A stretch of 49,281 nt of DNA from Hyphochytrium catenoides (Eukaryota > Protista > Hyphochytriomycota). Position 1 is the stretch's first letter, and each line of letters begins with the position of its first letter. Positions 36,248 to 46,758 of this stretch are shown here, in pieces. The notes below the pieces were generated by a model. It saw nothing but the letters and a program-made list of their open reading frames with translations. It was not told the origin of the DNA and ran no database searches. The stretch is from assembly GCA_900088475.1 (NCBI GenBank), contig FLMG01000692.1:1-49281 (forward strand). Reading direction: 5' to 3'. The position numbers and the translations under genes were made by a program.

Positions 36248-36714
36248 CTTTGCTCTTTGAAACCTCGTGAAGACCACGCAAGCAGCACAATACTTTGGAA
36301 GCTTAAGCTAGCTTGACAGAGAGATAATGTTGATTGGGCCTTCAAGCGGAGATCAGACCTCACTTCTTAGTCCCCTGCACGCTCGCTTCCAATCTTCACC
36401 TGGAAGAGCTGCGTCCGTGTAGTCTCTCCTTCTCAGCCACTTCGTCTCTAAGGTTGTACAGCCCCGCCTACTCTCTTTCTCTTTTCTGCTCTCTGTTTGT
36501 CACCTCTTGCTCTGTCTCTCGTCTCTGAGCTCTTCTCTGCTTGATGACGTTCAACGGTGCAGGTGGGAAAGGAGAGAGAAGAGAGATGGGGACGGAAGGA
36601 GAGAGAGGAGAGAAAGAGAAAGAGAGAGAGAGAGAGACGGAGGGGAGTGGGAGAGAGAAAGAGAGAGAGAAGAAAGAAAAGAGAGCAAGCGGTTCATGCT
36701 AGAAAGAAGAAAAT

Positions 36715-37060
36715 GTCGTTACATTTTACCAACCTTCCCATTCAGGATTAGGATAAGCAGATTTTATATAATCCCATTATTAGCGTTATGATCCCTAACC
36801 ACTGACTCTTGATCTTTATAATCTTCACCCGAAAATCCGAAATTGATGTCGTCAAGAAATAAGGAGTCCAAGAGATTTGTGATGTCTTGTTAGTAGTCTT
36901 GGTTCTTTTCATTATTGACCAGTACTATTTTGGGGTGTCAATTATTATGGATCTTACCACACTCATTTACTGTCACAGGTTCTTTACTGGATCGATCTTT
37001 TCGTGCATTCCTCTATTTTCGTGGTCTATCTCGTGGCTATGCGCTCTCGCATGTTAGCTA
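36715..37060. promoter_or_regulatory. Putative bidirectional promoter island (SEC1 / START-like gene)
   Basis: AT-rich, repeat-free segment between divergent start codons at 36247 and 37474. Confidence 0.45.
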
Positions 37061-37473
37061 GCCTTTACCCCTTATCTCTGAAATCTCGCATTGTCTCTGG
37101 CTTGCGTGTTCTGGCCACAAAGGAAAATGCATTCTGATCGTGTCTCAAGCTTCTGAAGCTTTTTGAAGCTTTCTTCAGATCCAGATCTTCATAAAAGATT
37201 CCGGTTCGCGATGGCAAGCAGAGATTTTCCATGAGCACGGCGTACCATTGCCACAAGCAAGAACATATGAGCTGAAGTTGAAGTGAAGGGAAGAGCTCCA
37301 TCTAAACCTCTAGGTCAGGGTGGCGACACGCTTTGATGGAGCGAAGAAGAATTCCTTCTTTCATTCATCCGTTGGGCGTTGGTCCTTTCTTACTCGTTAG
37401 AGTTAATGCTTGCTAAACAGAGACCCCGCTACATACAGCAGAAGTCGAAATCACCGAACCATCAAATGGCAGA

Positions 37474-39428
37474 ATGACCACTGAAGGGGACTGCTCAACG
37501 CGGCAGGATAGGGCCACGCAGACGGATTTTGGCTGGGATCAAATAGTGCAGTTAGCCTGTGTGTATGGGCTCACCACTATCTCCTCTACCGACCGGAAGA
37601 CGACAGGGGAGAACAAGCACCACCAAGGACAGAGCCAAGCAGTCCCGGAAAATGAAAAGACTGCAGACCAAAGCCAGAGACACAAGAGAAAGATAAGCTC
37701 AATCCTAGGCCTGACAGAGAAGGAGGATGAAGGCAATCGCTTCAGCTGGTCCGCGCCTTATCCCCCCCTTCCTCGTTCCTTTCCCCGGCGGCCTCCTCCA
37801 CCTCGAGCCGAGACAGTTAGTGCACCTAAAGAGACCGTTAAGCAAGCCAAAACAGCAGAGGAAGAGAGAAAGGAGAAGGCATCCACAGTGATGGCTCCTC
37901 CGCCTACGACGTTGGAAGAAGGCAAGACCAAGACCCAGGCAGAGGTTAGTACAACCAAACACTGCATTGCTGTCCTCATCTCTAGGGCTTCTGTGCTCGC
38001 CTTTTTCTCCATCCACGCCTTCTCGTGCTCATAGCTGCCCGTAAGGATCCTAGTTGTCCTTCTGCATCTTGTGCATTGCAATCCCTACCCCATCAAGAGC
38101 TAACCTTGACCCTTTTCTTTCCAACTTTTGCGGTTCCACTCTTCGCCTGTACATTCTCTTCAATGGCTCTGCGGACAGAAGCTGCTTGGGGACAATGGTT
38201 GTGCTGTTCCGCCTTGCACCTTCATTCGCTCTAGCACTGCTGCCAGCACTATCCAGGTGATCTCCTGCTCCAAGATAGGGATAGGGTGTCACGTTAGAGA
38301 CGGTGGCGAGTTGGCTCTACTTTTTGGAACGGGAGGGTTCAGAATTACTCTGGGACCCAGGTATGGAGAGCTAGAGAGCGAGAGGACGTGTGAGAGTGCT
38401 TTTGAAGAGGTAGGGGATATCAAAGACCGAGAGAGAGAGAAAGAGAGACAACATATGGCTGCCTATCAGATGTCTCTTTCTCCTCTGGTAACTCCTGGTC
38501 TGCTGTGCCTACACTTCACTGTTTTCGTTCTGTCCTCCTATGCGCAAGGGTGCTCTAACTTATCTCTCTCACTCTCTGTGGCAGCAAGCCCGCTCCTGCT
38601 CCGCCGTCCGTAGACCAAAAAAGCTGGACGTTTGCGGTGAACGATATCACTTCTTCAGGGTCAGCTGCTCGTCGCCGCGTTACTCTTCTCTCTCAGCATG
38701 CTCTTCGTTTCTTTTCTGAAATACCAGTGAACTCCTTGCAGCTTCTACAGTGGAGACTCGACGATGGAGCCCTTCATAATGATGAAGATAAAGTCCCTGG
38801 CTGTTCCCGCTTCTTGGAGAGACGTGTACGATCCTTATTGCCTAGGTAAACTCTGCTGGATGGTGCCTCTTTATCTTCTTTCCATTCAGAGTTTCACCGT
38901 TTCCTTCCCCTCACTTAGCTAAGTTTGTCTCGCTGGAGATAGTTTCTCTTCTCCTCTGTTCTATCAGTCGGTGGTTGGTTCCGACTAATAAGCTGCTTTT
39001 TCTCCTTGCGGCAGATGAATCCAAGAACTATCTCGTCTTCGTTGTCTCACATTCTCTGGAAGCAGAAGTCCCGCTTCTGCTCCAGCGCTTGCTGAGGTTG
39101 GCAAAGCGTGAAGTGTAGGTTGGCTCTGTCGCTCATAAAGTTACTCTGGCCTCTGCCTAGGGGCGCTTGATCTTTGCTTCTCTCCTTGTGTTCTATGGAA
39201 AAGTGAGCCGGACGGAAGCCTGTGCCGAATCCTTCTTATCTTCTCTNNNNNNNNNNNNNNNNNNNNNNNNNNNNNNNNNNNNNCTCCCTCTCTCTCTCTC
39301 TCCATCTCTGACCTTTCTCTCCCTCTGACTCCGACACCAGGACATGTTTTGGTATAATGAGGGCTTCAGTGCCCCGATACCTCCAAGCAGTTCGCGCTTT
39401 TACCGCTTTCCAGGAGGACGGTCCGTAG
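37474..39428 (+). CDS. Probable START (SRPBCC-superfamily) lipid-binding domain protein with low-complexity N-terminus
   Basis: Proposed exons 37474-37944, 38035-38040, 38285-38360, 38614-38659, 38751-38845, 39015-~39112, ~39161-39202, gap, 39341-39428. Reads KTQAELPGVTLETVASWL...LLWDP...KSLAVPASWRDVY...YLVFVVSHSLEAEVP...IMRASVPRYLQAVRAF, resembling the START WD, P-x-S-x-RD, S-x-x-x-P and C-terminal helix motifs. The 3' exon junctions are uncertain. Confidence 0.55.
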
Positions 39429-39960
39429 AATTCTCATACACTGTGCTTCGGGCTTTGAATGTTTATCTTTGTTGGTGGGAGTGATTGTCCGGGCATGGGG
39501 CTGCCCGTAGACAGCGCCCTGTTCATCAACTTTACCTCTTTCTCTCTGTCTCCTGCACCTGTAGCCTGTCCCTTTATCTTCTTCTTCACCCCTGCTGTCC
39601 TCCTGCCCCATAGTAATTAGTCATTAAGTGTCCTCTCCGTCCTCCCCTGAACGACGGCTTTCACCTTGAGATAAAAGATATAAGGAACACCAAGCATTGA
39701 CAATTACTGTTTACATCTCTCTAACTACTGTCCACGGCGTCTTTCCCCTCTCTCTCCTCTTTATCCATCGGCCACTACGAAGTATCTCGGGCCAAAGATA
39801 GAAGAGAGTGCGACTACTTCGGAGATGCATATCCTTTGACTCTATGCGACATAGATAATAATGATCTTCTGTTGATCACGACGAGCAGCCACCTACTGCT
39901 TCTCTCTCTCTCTCTGAGCTATGAACTAATGAACAACTATGTGGCCCGTGATCGCTTTGT

Positions 39961-40017
39961 CCTGTACGGAATGGCTTCTGAGTTGCTACCCTGTACGGAA
40001 TGGCTTCTGAGTTGCTA
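39961..40017. repeat. Perfect 28-bp direct repeat, period 29
   Basis: CCTGTACGGAATGGCTTCTGAGTTGCTA at 39961-39988 and 39990-40017. Confidence 0.97.
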
Positions 40018-40113
40018 TCCGTCAATCTAAAAGACTACCTTTCGAACCCATTCAAATGATGACCCGAGGCGGCGCTCTGTCTCGCCTCGCTCAAGAAGGC
40101 AACAAGGTCTCCA

Positions 40114-41226
40114 TTAGCTGATGCTCCTATTCAGTGGAGAGCCAGCAGTCACTGCCAGCAACCGATGATGCTGCAGGCAGTAGTTTGTTGCTTTGGCAAA
40201 CTTTCTACATCCTGCCATATTACACCTCGCAGCGCGGCTAGAGGCGCCGTGCTGCACGCAGAGACCGGTGCCTTTCCTCGCCTTTGTCTCACAGCCCTCG
40301 ATGCTGCAAGTGTTAACCTTAGCGCCATGCTTTATACAGATTCCTCGCCGTACAGCGCGGTTTTGACAGTCTCCTACCGTGCAGCGCTTGACCTCTGCAC
40401 CGTGCTTGATACAGACGCCAGCCTGTACAGCCTTCTTCGAGCAACCAGAAGCGCGACAGAGTCTCTTCTTCGCCCCGTGAGCAATGCAGAAGCCGCCTTG
40501 TTGAACGAACTTCTGACACCACTGCACGGCACACAGTTTTCTGTTCCCTTTCTTCTTCACCGTTGTGCTGAGTATGAGAGGGCGCGAGTCTTCTGAGGAA
40601 GAGGAGGTACGTCGTCGTCGAGCTTTCTCTCCTTCTTCTCTCTCTCCTATTACCATGTCGCTACCTGTACTCCCTTCATCATAGTCTTCTTCGTCCTCAT
40701 CCTCTTCTCCGTTCGTGGACTCTTGACATTCTTCTTCGTCCTCTGCTGCTGACGCTGGTCCATCATCCTCTCGGCTCTTTCTCTCCGTCTCTTCTGAAGA
40801 GGAGGTTCGCCTTCTCGGCAAAATGTGAGATGAGCCTTCTCGTCTCCTTTTCCTTTGCTTCACCGCCGTTTCTTTCTGGTGAGCGAGTGCAGGAAGGTCT
40901 TCTGCTCTGTGGATAGTGACTGACGATGAAGAGGAGGTTGCCGAGAGAGGAGGCGTTGGCACACTATTGATACTGCTATTGGATGAAGGAAGTGGAGACT
41001 CTCGTGGAGTTGGAGCGGCCAGTGGGAGACGGAGAGGAGGAAGCGGAGGGACTCCTGTCTGTGTATAGGAAGAAGAAGAGCCTGTTCCTACGGAGAACGG
41101 CTGTGTGCTTGAAGGCTGTGGCTGACCTCTGCTGGGAGGAGAAGGGGAGAGAGAGGGCGTCTCTCTCATTGTGGTGCTCTGACTAGTTCGGGGTATCATC
41201 GGAGGCATGGGCGGCCTCCCCGCCAT
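40114..41226 (-). CDS. WRKY19-like zinc-finger repeat protein, copy 1 (5 x C-x4-C-x9/10-C-x2-H); CDS appears single-exon
   Basis: Long ORF with Pro/Ser-rich and acidic N-terminus, basic NLS-like runs, then CAVQWC...CIAHGA, CRASGC...CIKHGA, CTVGDC...CIKHGA, CSIEGC...CVQHGA, CNMAGC...CLQH. First ATG at 41226. A CTAAC branch site and AG acceptor at 41308 indicate an upstream exon, probably UTR. Confidence 0.85.
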   Translation of the reverse strand: MAGRPPMPPMIPRTSQSTTMRETPSLSPSPPSRGQPQPSSTQPFSVGTGSSSSYTQTGVPPLPPLRLPLAAPTPRESPLPSSNSSINSVPTPPLSATSSSSSVTIHRAEDLPALAHQKETAVKQRKRRREGSSHILPRRRTSSSEETERKSREDDGPASAAEDEEECQESTNGEEDEDEEDYDEGSTGSDMVIGEREEGEKARRRRTSSSSEDSRPLILSTTVKKKGNRKLCAVQWCQKFVQQGGFCIAHGAKKRLCRASGCSKKAVQAGVCIKHGAEVKRCTVGDCQNRAVRRGICIKHGAKVNTCSIEGCETKARKGTGLCVQHGASSRAARCNMAGCRKFAKATNYCLQHHRLLAVTAGSPLNRSIS

Positions 41227-42416
41227 GTTCGGGTTAAGACACGGAGGAGGTGGGGAAGAGTTGTTGGGCGCCGTCGCTATAATGAGGATGAGGACGTTTG
41301 ACACGCCCTCAGTGCGGGAATAAAGGGAGGATGAGACAAGGGCAGTGAAGGACAGTTAGTGAGAGGAGGAGTATGGAACGGAGAACGAGAGAGACAGACA
41401 ATGAGAGAGAGATGGATCTGGAGATGGCGTTCGTAGAGCTAACGAGAGACAACCGTGACCGGTTGCAGGAAGACTGCTGAGGTATCGTTGCTCTAACTTC
41501 CGAGAGCTAAACGCTGGCAAAGTAAAGAGGCGGCGGCACTAGATTGCATGTGCAAGCTGCGAGTTGCAGACTGATTCCGGGGACATGATCGTCCTGCGGA
41601 GAGCCGGCGAAGAGAGAGAGAGAGAGAGGAGAGAGAAGAGCAAAGAATAGACGAGCTAATAGCCAGGCGGACGGGAATGAGGAAAGCTTGAGAGCGACAG
41701 AGGAGAAATGGCAAGTGACGGCCGCTGCTGCGTAAACGAGCCGGGGCTGTCTGTTAAAGATGGTCTATGTTCTTGGTGTCGAGGAAGAGTGCATCTTCAT
41801 CTATCATTGAGGCTAGTGCTGGCTGTCACTAAGAGTCCGAAATGATAAAGTCCTCTGATGCTCATGCGGTGGTCCTCTCTCTCCCTCTCTGCTCTCTCTA
41901 CAAGCCCTGTACTCTTTCTCTTCTCATGAAGAGGCACACGCTTGGCATCAGACTTCCAGCAGCTTCTTTGGACTGTGACTAGCCATTGGCATCCCTAACT
42001 GCCCTCTATGGAAGAGGATGGAGACGACCAGCTCCGAAGAACCCGCACACTCACAGGCAACCGACAACCCGGTCTGTAGATCCAGAAGAGAGGAAAGAGG
42101 AGGAGAGAGAGAGAAGAAAAAGAAGAGAGAGGAAGTCAAGCAAGAAGCCACAATGGTGGATGTGTTTTATGACGGCTGTATTACCTCTCTAACCTGCTCC
42201 TCGAGCCTGAAAGTCAGCAGAATATTGGGAAAAAAGGATGGAGAGAGCCAAGGAGTAGCGAATAATGGTCTCTCTCCTCTCTGCAATGTGCTGAGGAGGA
42301 AAGTGCAGAGAGAGAGAGGGCCTGGGGAGAGAGAGGTGGGCAAAGGATGGGGCTGCATGTGGGAAGCCGGCGATTGTCTAACCGTTGTAGGTAAGAGAGA
42401 TTATTACCGGGTCTTA

Positions 42417-42470
<54 letters not shown>

Positions 42471-42612
42471 TCTCTCTCTGTCTCTTTCGTCTCTCAGTTC
42501 CCGACCATACCCTGGCAACTGACTCGGCGCGTGGCTGATGAGAGGCCGCAGATTGCGTGGCTAAGGCTAGGTCCAGTCACTGCAGCTGCAGTGAGAGACA
42601 GTCTAGGGTCAA

Positions 42613-42681
42613 AAGAGATCAGAGGCACCGGACCAGAGAATAGATAAGACATAGAGAAGGATGAGATGAGCAGATAGGCGA

Positions 42682-42724
<43 letters not shown>

Positions 42725-42783
42725 GGCACCGGCCTAGAAAGAATAGATAAGACGTAGGGAAGGATAGATGAGCAGATCAGGGA

Positions 42784-42832
<49 letters not shown>

Positions 42833-42856
42833 AAGAGAGAAAGACAGAGAGAGAGA
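42613..42856. repeat. Tandem ~105-bp unit x2, each ending in (GA)n
   Basis: GATC..GGCACCGG...AGAATAGATAAGAC.TAG.GAAGGAT..GATGAGCAGAT...GAAGAGACA(GA)n at ~42617 and ~42721. Confidence 0.88.
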
Positions 42857-43401
42857 GGTAAACCCAAGAGGGACACATTCGTTTGAATGGAAGAACAGTC
42901 ACACGAGTTCTTCATCTAAGAAAACCTATGGAGAGGGGTACCTCTTCCTCATATTATTCCCCCTCCCCAGCCATTATTCCCATCTTTCTGCTATTATTCC
43001 CCACGTTCGATGATGAGCCAAAGGGCCAAAGGCCGCCAGAGGTACAGACCAAAACTGGACGGAGGGAAGGAATGGAGAGATTGATGGGCAGAGTGCAGAG
43101 AGACAGGCAGGCCCCATCTCTGTCCCCACATCACGACCTCTCTCTCTCTTCTCTCTCTCTTTCTCTCTCCAACCATCTCTTTCACACTCTTCCTCACACG
43201 TAATCTCTCCTTATTACCAGTGCTCTATTAAGTCTGTTCCTCAATGTTTGCTCTCGTTGTATCTCTTTCTTCCCTCTCTCCTGTCTCTTTCTCTCTCTCT
43301 GACTTCTCCGTTTCCCTCTGCACGGGACACCTTTTCTGAGATCTGCTTTGTCTCCACTTAAGAGACATAGGGAAATGGCAGGAGACAGGGCGTAATGAGA
43401 A

Positions 43402-43458
<57 letters not shown>

Positions 43459-45441
43459 ATGGAAGAAAGAGAGAAAGAGAGAAAGAGAGGAAGAGAGAGA
43501 GGAGAGATCAGACAGACAAAGAGAGGATGGAGGCCATTGGCATCGGTACATAAGACTAGGAATTGGTTACGGTTGTCCTGCCATCCAGGAGGGCGGCCTC
43601 ATCCTAGATTATTAGTGACAATACATAGGGATTTAGGCCGAAAATCGTATCGTCGGACTAAACTTGCCTTTATAGTCTCTAGGAATTGTAAGGCCTCCGT
43701 CTATATCAACGAATATCCAGATGAGCCTTGACGTCTCGTCACATTCGCTAGGAAATCAGATGTAAATCACTCACTTTGTTGTCACAGTCAGAGGACGAAC
43801 TTTTAGATCATTGGCCCGCCCTTATGAAATAGGCAAAACAAGGTATTTCTAGGCGGATCAGTTACCTCCTGACATGTGAGGAGCAAGCGCATCAGGCCAC
43901 AGCAGAAGCGTTCTAGAATATGGTTGGGGGCCCCCAGTTTTCCCACCTAAATCACCAAACCATAAATGCTCTCCTTGGACGTTCTTGATCTAGGTCTATC
44001 GTTAGCGGATGTAAAGGCCTTTAGTACACGTTGAACCAAACTGGGCTTTGCTATGCGCTTGCTTGTTCCTAAAAGTGTAGCCTATGACCAAAGTCTGTGC
44101 CTCCCATTATGAAACGGTGCCTAAAGTCGTGGATTTCTAAAGGGATAAATGCTAGGGCTAGAAGGCAATGGTGCACGACCTTTCCCTAAATTTATGTTAT
44201 AGTAAATAGAACTCCTCGTCCTATAGTTCTAAATTCGCTTTGGTGGGTAGGGCTGCGTGACTGTTGTTGGTTACAGGTTCTGTTATTACTCATCGGTCAG
44301 GTGACACGTCAACTCCAGTCCCCAAAGCCTTTGTGGGGGTGGTCCTGGCATCTCTCTCTCTCCTCCACTCACGATCCTACTCTTCTATTGCTATGAGCTT
44401 CCCTCTGTCTCGCTGGGCGGCGGCGGCGGGACAGTGCTCCATAGCAAGCCGAGCAGCAGCGACCACGACGGTCGCCTCGAAGGCGATGACGAGGAAAAAA
44501 TAAGAATCTTCCTTCCTTCCTTTGCAGCTGCCGCGTCTGAGGCTGTAGGTTCCCAAGCGCGATGACATAGAATCATGGGCCGCAGCAGCTGCTGCATTCG
44601 TCGCTGCTGCTGAAGAAATGGACGGAAGATCTGGCACTTCTTCTGAACTTCTAACCCATGATCATAACCCTTGCTCTGTTATCTCTGTCGGTACCATGAT
44701 GGCAGGCTACGAAGAGAAACTGTGATGAGATGCTCTGCAATGCACGCTTTCAACAGCGGGCACGGCTTGAAATTTATTGTCTTTGTTGGCGCTGGTGGAC
44801 GGAGGCGTTGTCACAGCTGAAAGACCAACATCCATTCGTTCAGAGAAGGCGGTGTTGGAGGATTGAATAGCTTTTGCTACTCGTAAGTCACGATATCGTG
44901 GTGGCGATGCGTCACTGGACTATGTAGGTTGCGGGCCAACTATAGTAGTTAGTTACGATGCTACGAAACGGGAGGAAAGTATGAAACGATGATGAAACAG
45001 GGTGTCGTTGGGCAGAAAAGGTTATCAGGTCGCTTAGTTCAGCCCAGACACGCCGTGAGCTATACAGTGCGTCCGTGCCATCATTCCTCACTAATCATAC
45101 CATCACCGAAGAGAAACCATAAGATAGATAGTGCCGCCTATTCTCACTAGATGAGAACCACCCGTAAAAAAACCATACCCTCCTGCATGAAAGACGTGGT
45201 AGTTTGTTGCTGATGCCCGTCTTCTGTCAACATCACCACCAGGAGGACTGTAGCTCCTTCGTGGGGTTCCCGCGCCGGCGGAGCCATCTCCCTCCGGAAA
45301 GACGTAGAAAAGATATAAATACGTCAGGAGCTACAGTCCTCCTGGCAATCGAGGTTCTTCTAGCCGTCTCTGCACAGGTTGATGTCTGCCAAAATATTCC
45401 TGCTTTTCTCCTCCTTATCCTCCTCTCCTCTCGACTACTCT

Positions 45442-46758
45442 TCACATGTTTTTCTCTCCGCCTTCCTCCTCGCTGCTGCTTGTCCTGCGCCGGCAAATTG
45501 TACCACTATGACCCAGGCACAGACCATTTACTTTGGCCCTCTTTAAGCATTCTTTTTGGTTGCACTTGCGACAGTCAAGGACGCCACCGGCGTGGCGAAG
45601 ACAAAGCCCACGTGCCCGCTGAGTCTTGGCCCCACAGCCTTCCAGAGGACAGCGATTCACCTTTGCCCCGTGGGAAATGCAGACACCCTTACGTACCGCT
45701 TGGTTGGGACAGAGAGGGACAGAGCACTGCCTGACTTCAGCGCCATGAGTGATGCACACACCTGAGCGCACCACTTTCCTTTGACAATTAGGCACCGAGC
45801 AAGTGCGCTTTCTAGTGGACGAGGAAGAAGAAGCAGGCTTAGTACGAGTGCTGATCACAGGCTTGTCTCCGTTCGTCTTGCCTCTAGCCTCTTCTGACAT
45901 TTCCTCCTGGGTATTGGCTCCTCGGGAGAAGGCCCTTGGGTCTCTGTTTTTCACTCCCTTTCCGGTTCTTCCTGCTGTTCTCTTAGGCTCCTTCTGCTCG
46001 ATCTCATCTAAAGCTGAGGCGGCACCGCTCCTTTGACGTGACGAGAGTGAAGTCGCGCTTGCAAGGCGGGTAGTCGTGGGCCCTGGAACGAAGCGAGAAG
46101 TGCTATCCTGTTGTTCATCAGGCAGCCTTTCCTCACCTCTGTTCCTTCTGTCCTCTTTTTTCCTCTCTTCTTGGTCCGTTGGAGGCGGCGGACCAGATGA
46201 CGGCAAGCGCTGGTGGCGCGGGTACTGCCAGTAAGTGGAGGACAGGGAGGGATCTCGCCAATATGAGAGCCCATCCTCCTCTGTGTGAATCTTCTTATCT
46301 TCATCTCTTGGAGGTTGCGACTGGCTTTCTCTGTGAAGAGCGCGGGCATAAGTGGCATCCACGTAGAAGACTCTGCTTATTTCACGCCCATCTTCCCCAC
46401 CTTCTTTGGGCTCCTCATCAGTGTTCCACCTATAAGAAGAAGAACCATCATCCGGCAGTGCGTCTCTTTCTGTCTCTGTCCCTTGATAGAGGTGATAAGT
46501 TCCTGGGTACGCAGTCAGAACTGATGGCGGAGAGGGAGAAGGCTGATGCTGCCAGGATGATGGGGCCATGGAAGGGTAGTCTCTACGTCCTCCTCTATCT
46601 CTGGAGAAATTCATTGAGGTGCTAGCTTGAGAATCACTATAATAGGAGTAAGAGCCGTCTGCTCCGTCTCCCATGCTGTTCCAATCGCCTGCTGGTCGGT
46701 GCGAGGAGCGCTGGCGCGGTCTCTCGTCCATGTGTTCTGTTGCTTTCCCGTACTGCAT
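45442..46758 (-). CDS. WRKY19-like zinc-finger repeat protein, copy 2 (4 repeats); CDS appears single-exon
   Basis: 438-aa ORF with a disordered N-terminus, then CSVPNC...CITHGA, CSVPLC...CISHGA, CPLEGC...CLRH, CNQKEC...CLGH. A splice acceptor at 46774, 15 nt before the ATG, implies a spliced leader region (5'UTR intron). Confidence 0.85.
   Translation of the reverse strand: MQYGKATEHMDERPRQRSSHRPAGDWNSMGDGADGSYSYYSDSQASTSMNFSRDRGGRRDYPSMAPSSWQHQPSPSPPSVLTAYPGTYHLYQGTETERDALPDDGSSSYRWNTDEEPKEGGEDGREISRVFYVDATYARALHRESQSQPPRDEDKKIHTEEDGLSYWRDPSLSSTYWQYPRHQRLPSSGPPPPTDQEERKKEDRRNRGEERLPDEQQDSTSRFVPGPTTTRLASATSLSSRQRSGAASALDEIEQKEPKRTAGRTGKGVKNRDPRAFSRGANTQEEMSEEARGKTNGDKPVISTRTKPASSSSSTRKRTCSVPNCQRKVVRSGVCITHGAEVRQCSVPLCPNQAVRKGVCISHGAKVNRCPLEGCGAKTQRARGLCLRHAGGVLDCRKCNQKECLKRAKVNGLCLGHSGTICRRRTSSSEEEGGEKNM

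Noticed and set aside
44264-45200. Short Ala-rich ORFs between the two zinc-finger genes
   Set aside because: GCN-triplet low complexity, no convincing start or splice pattern, no motif.
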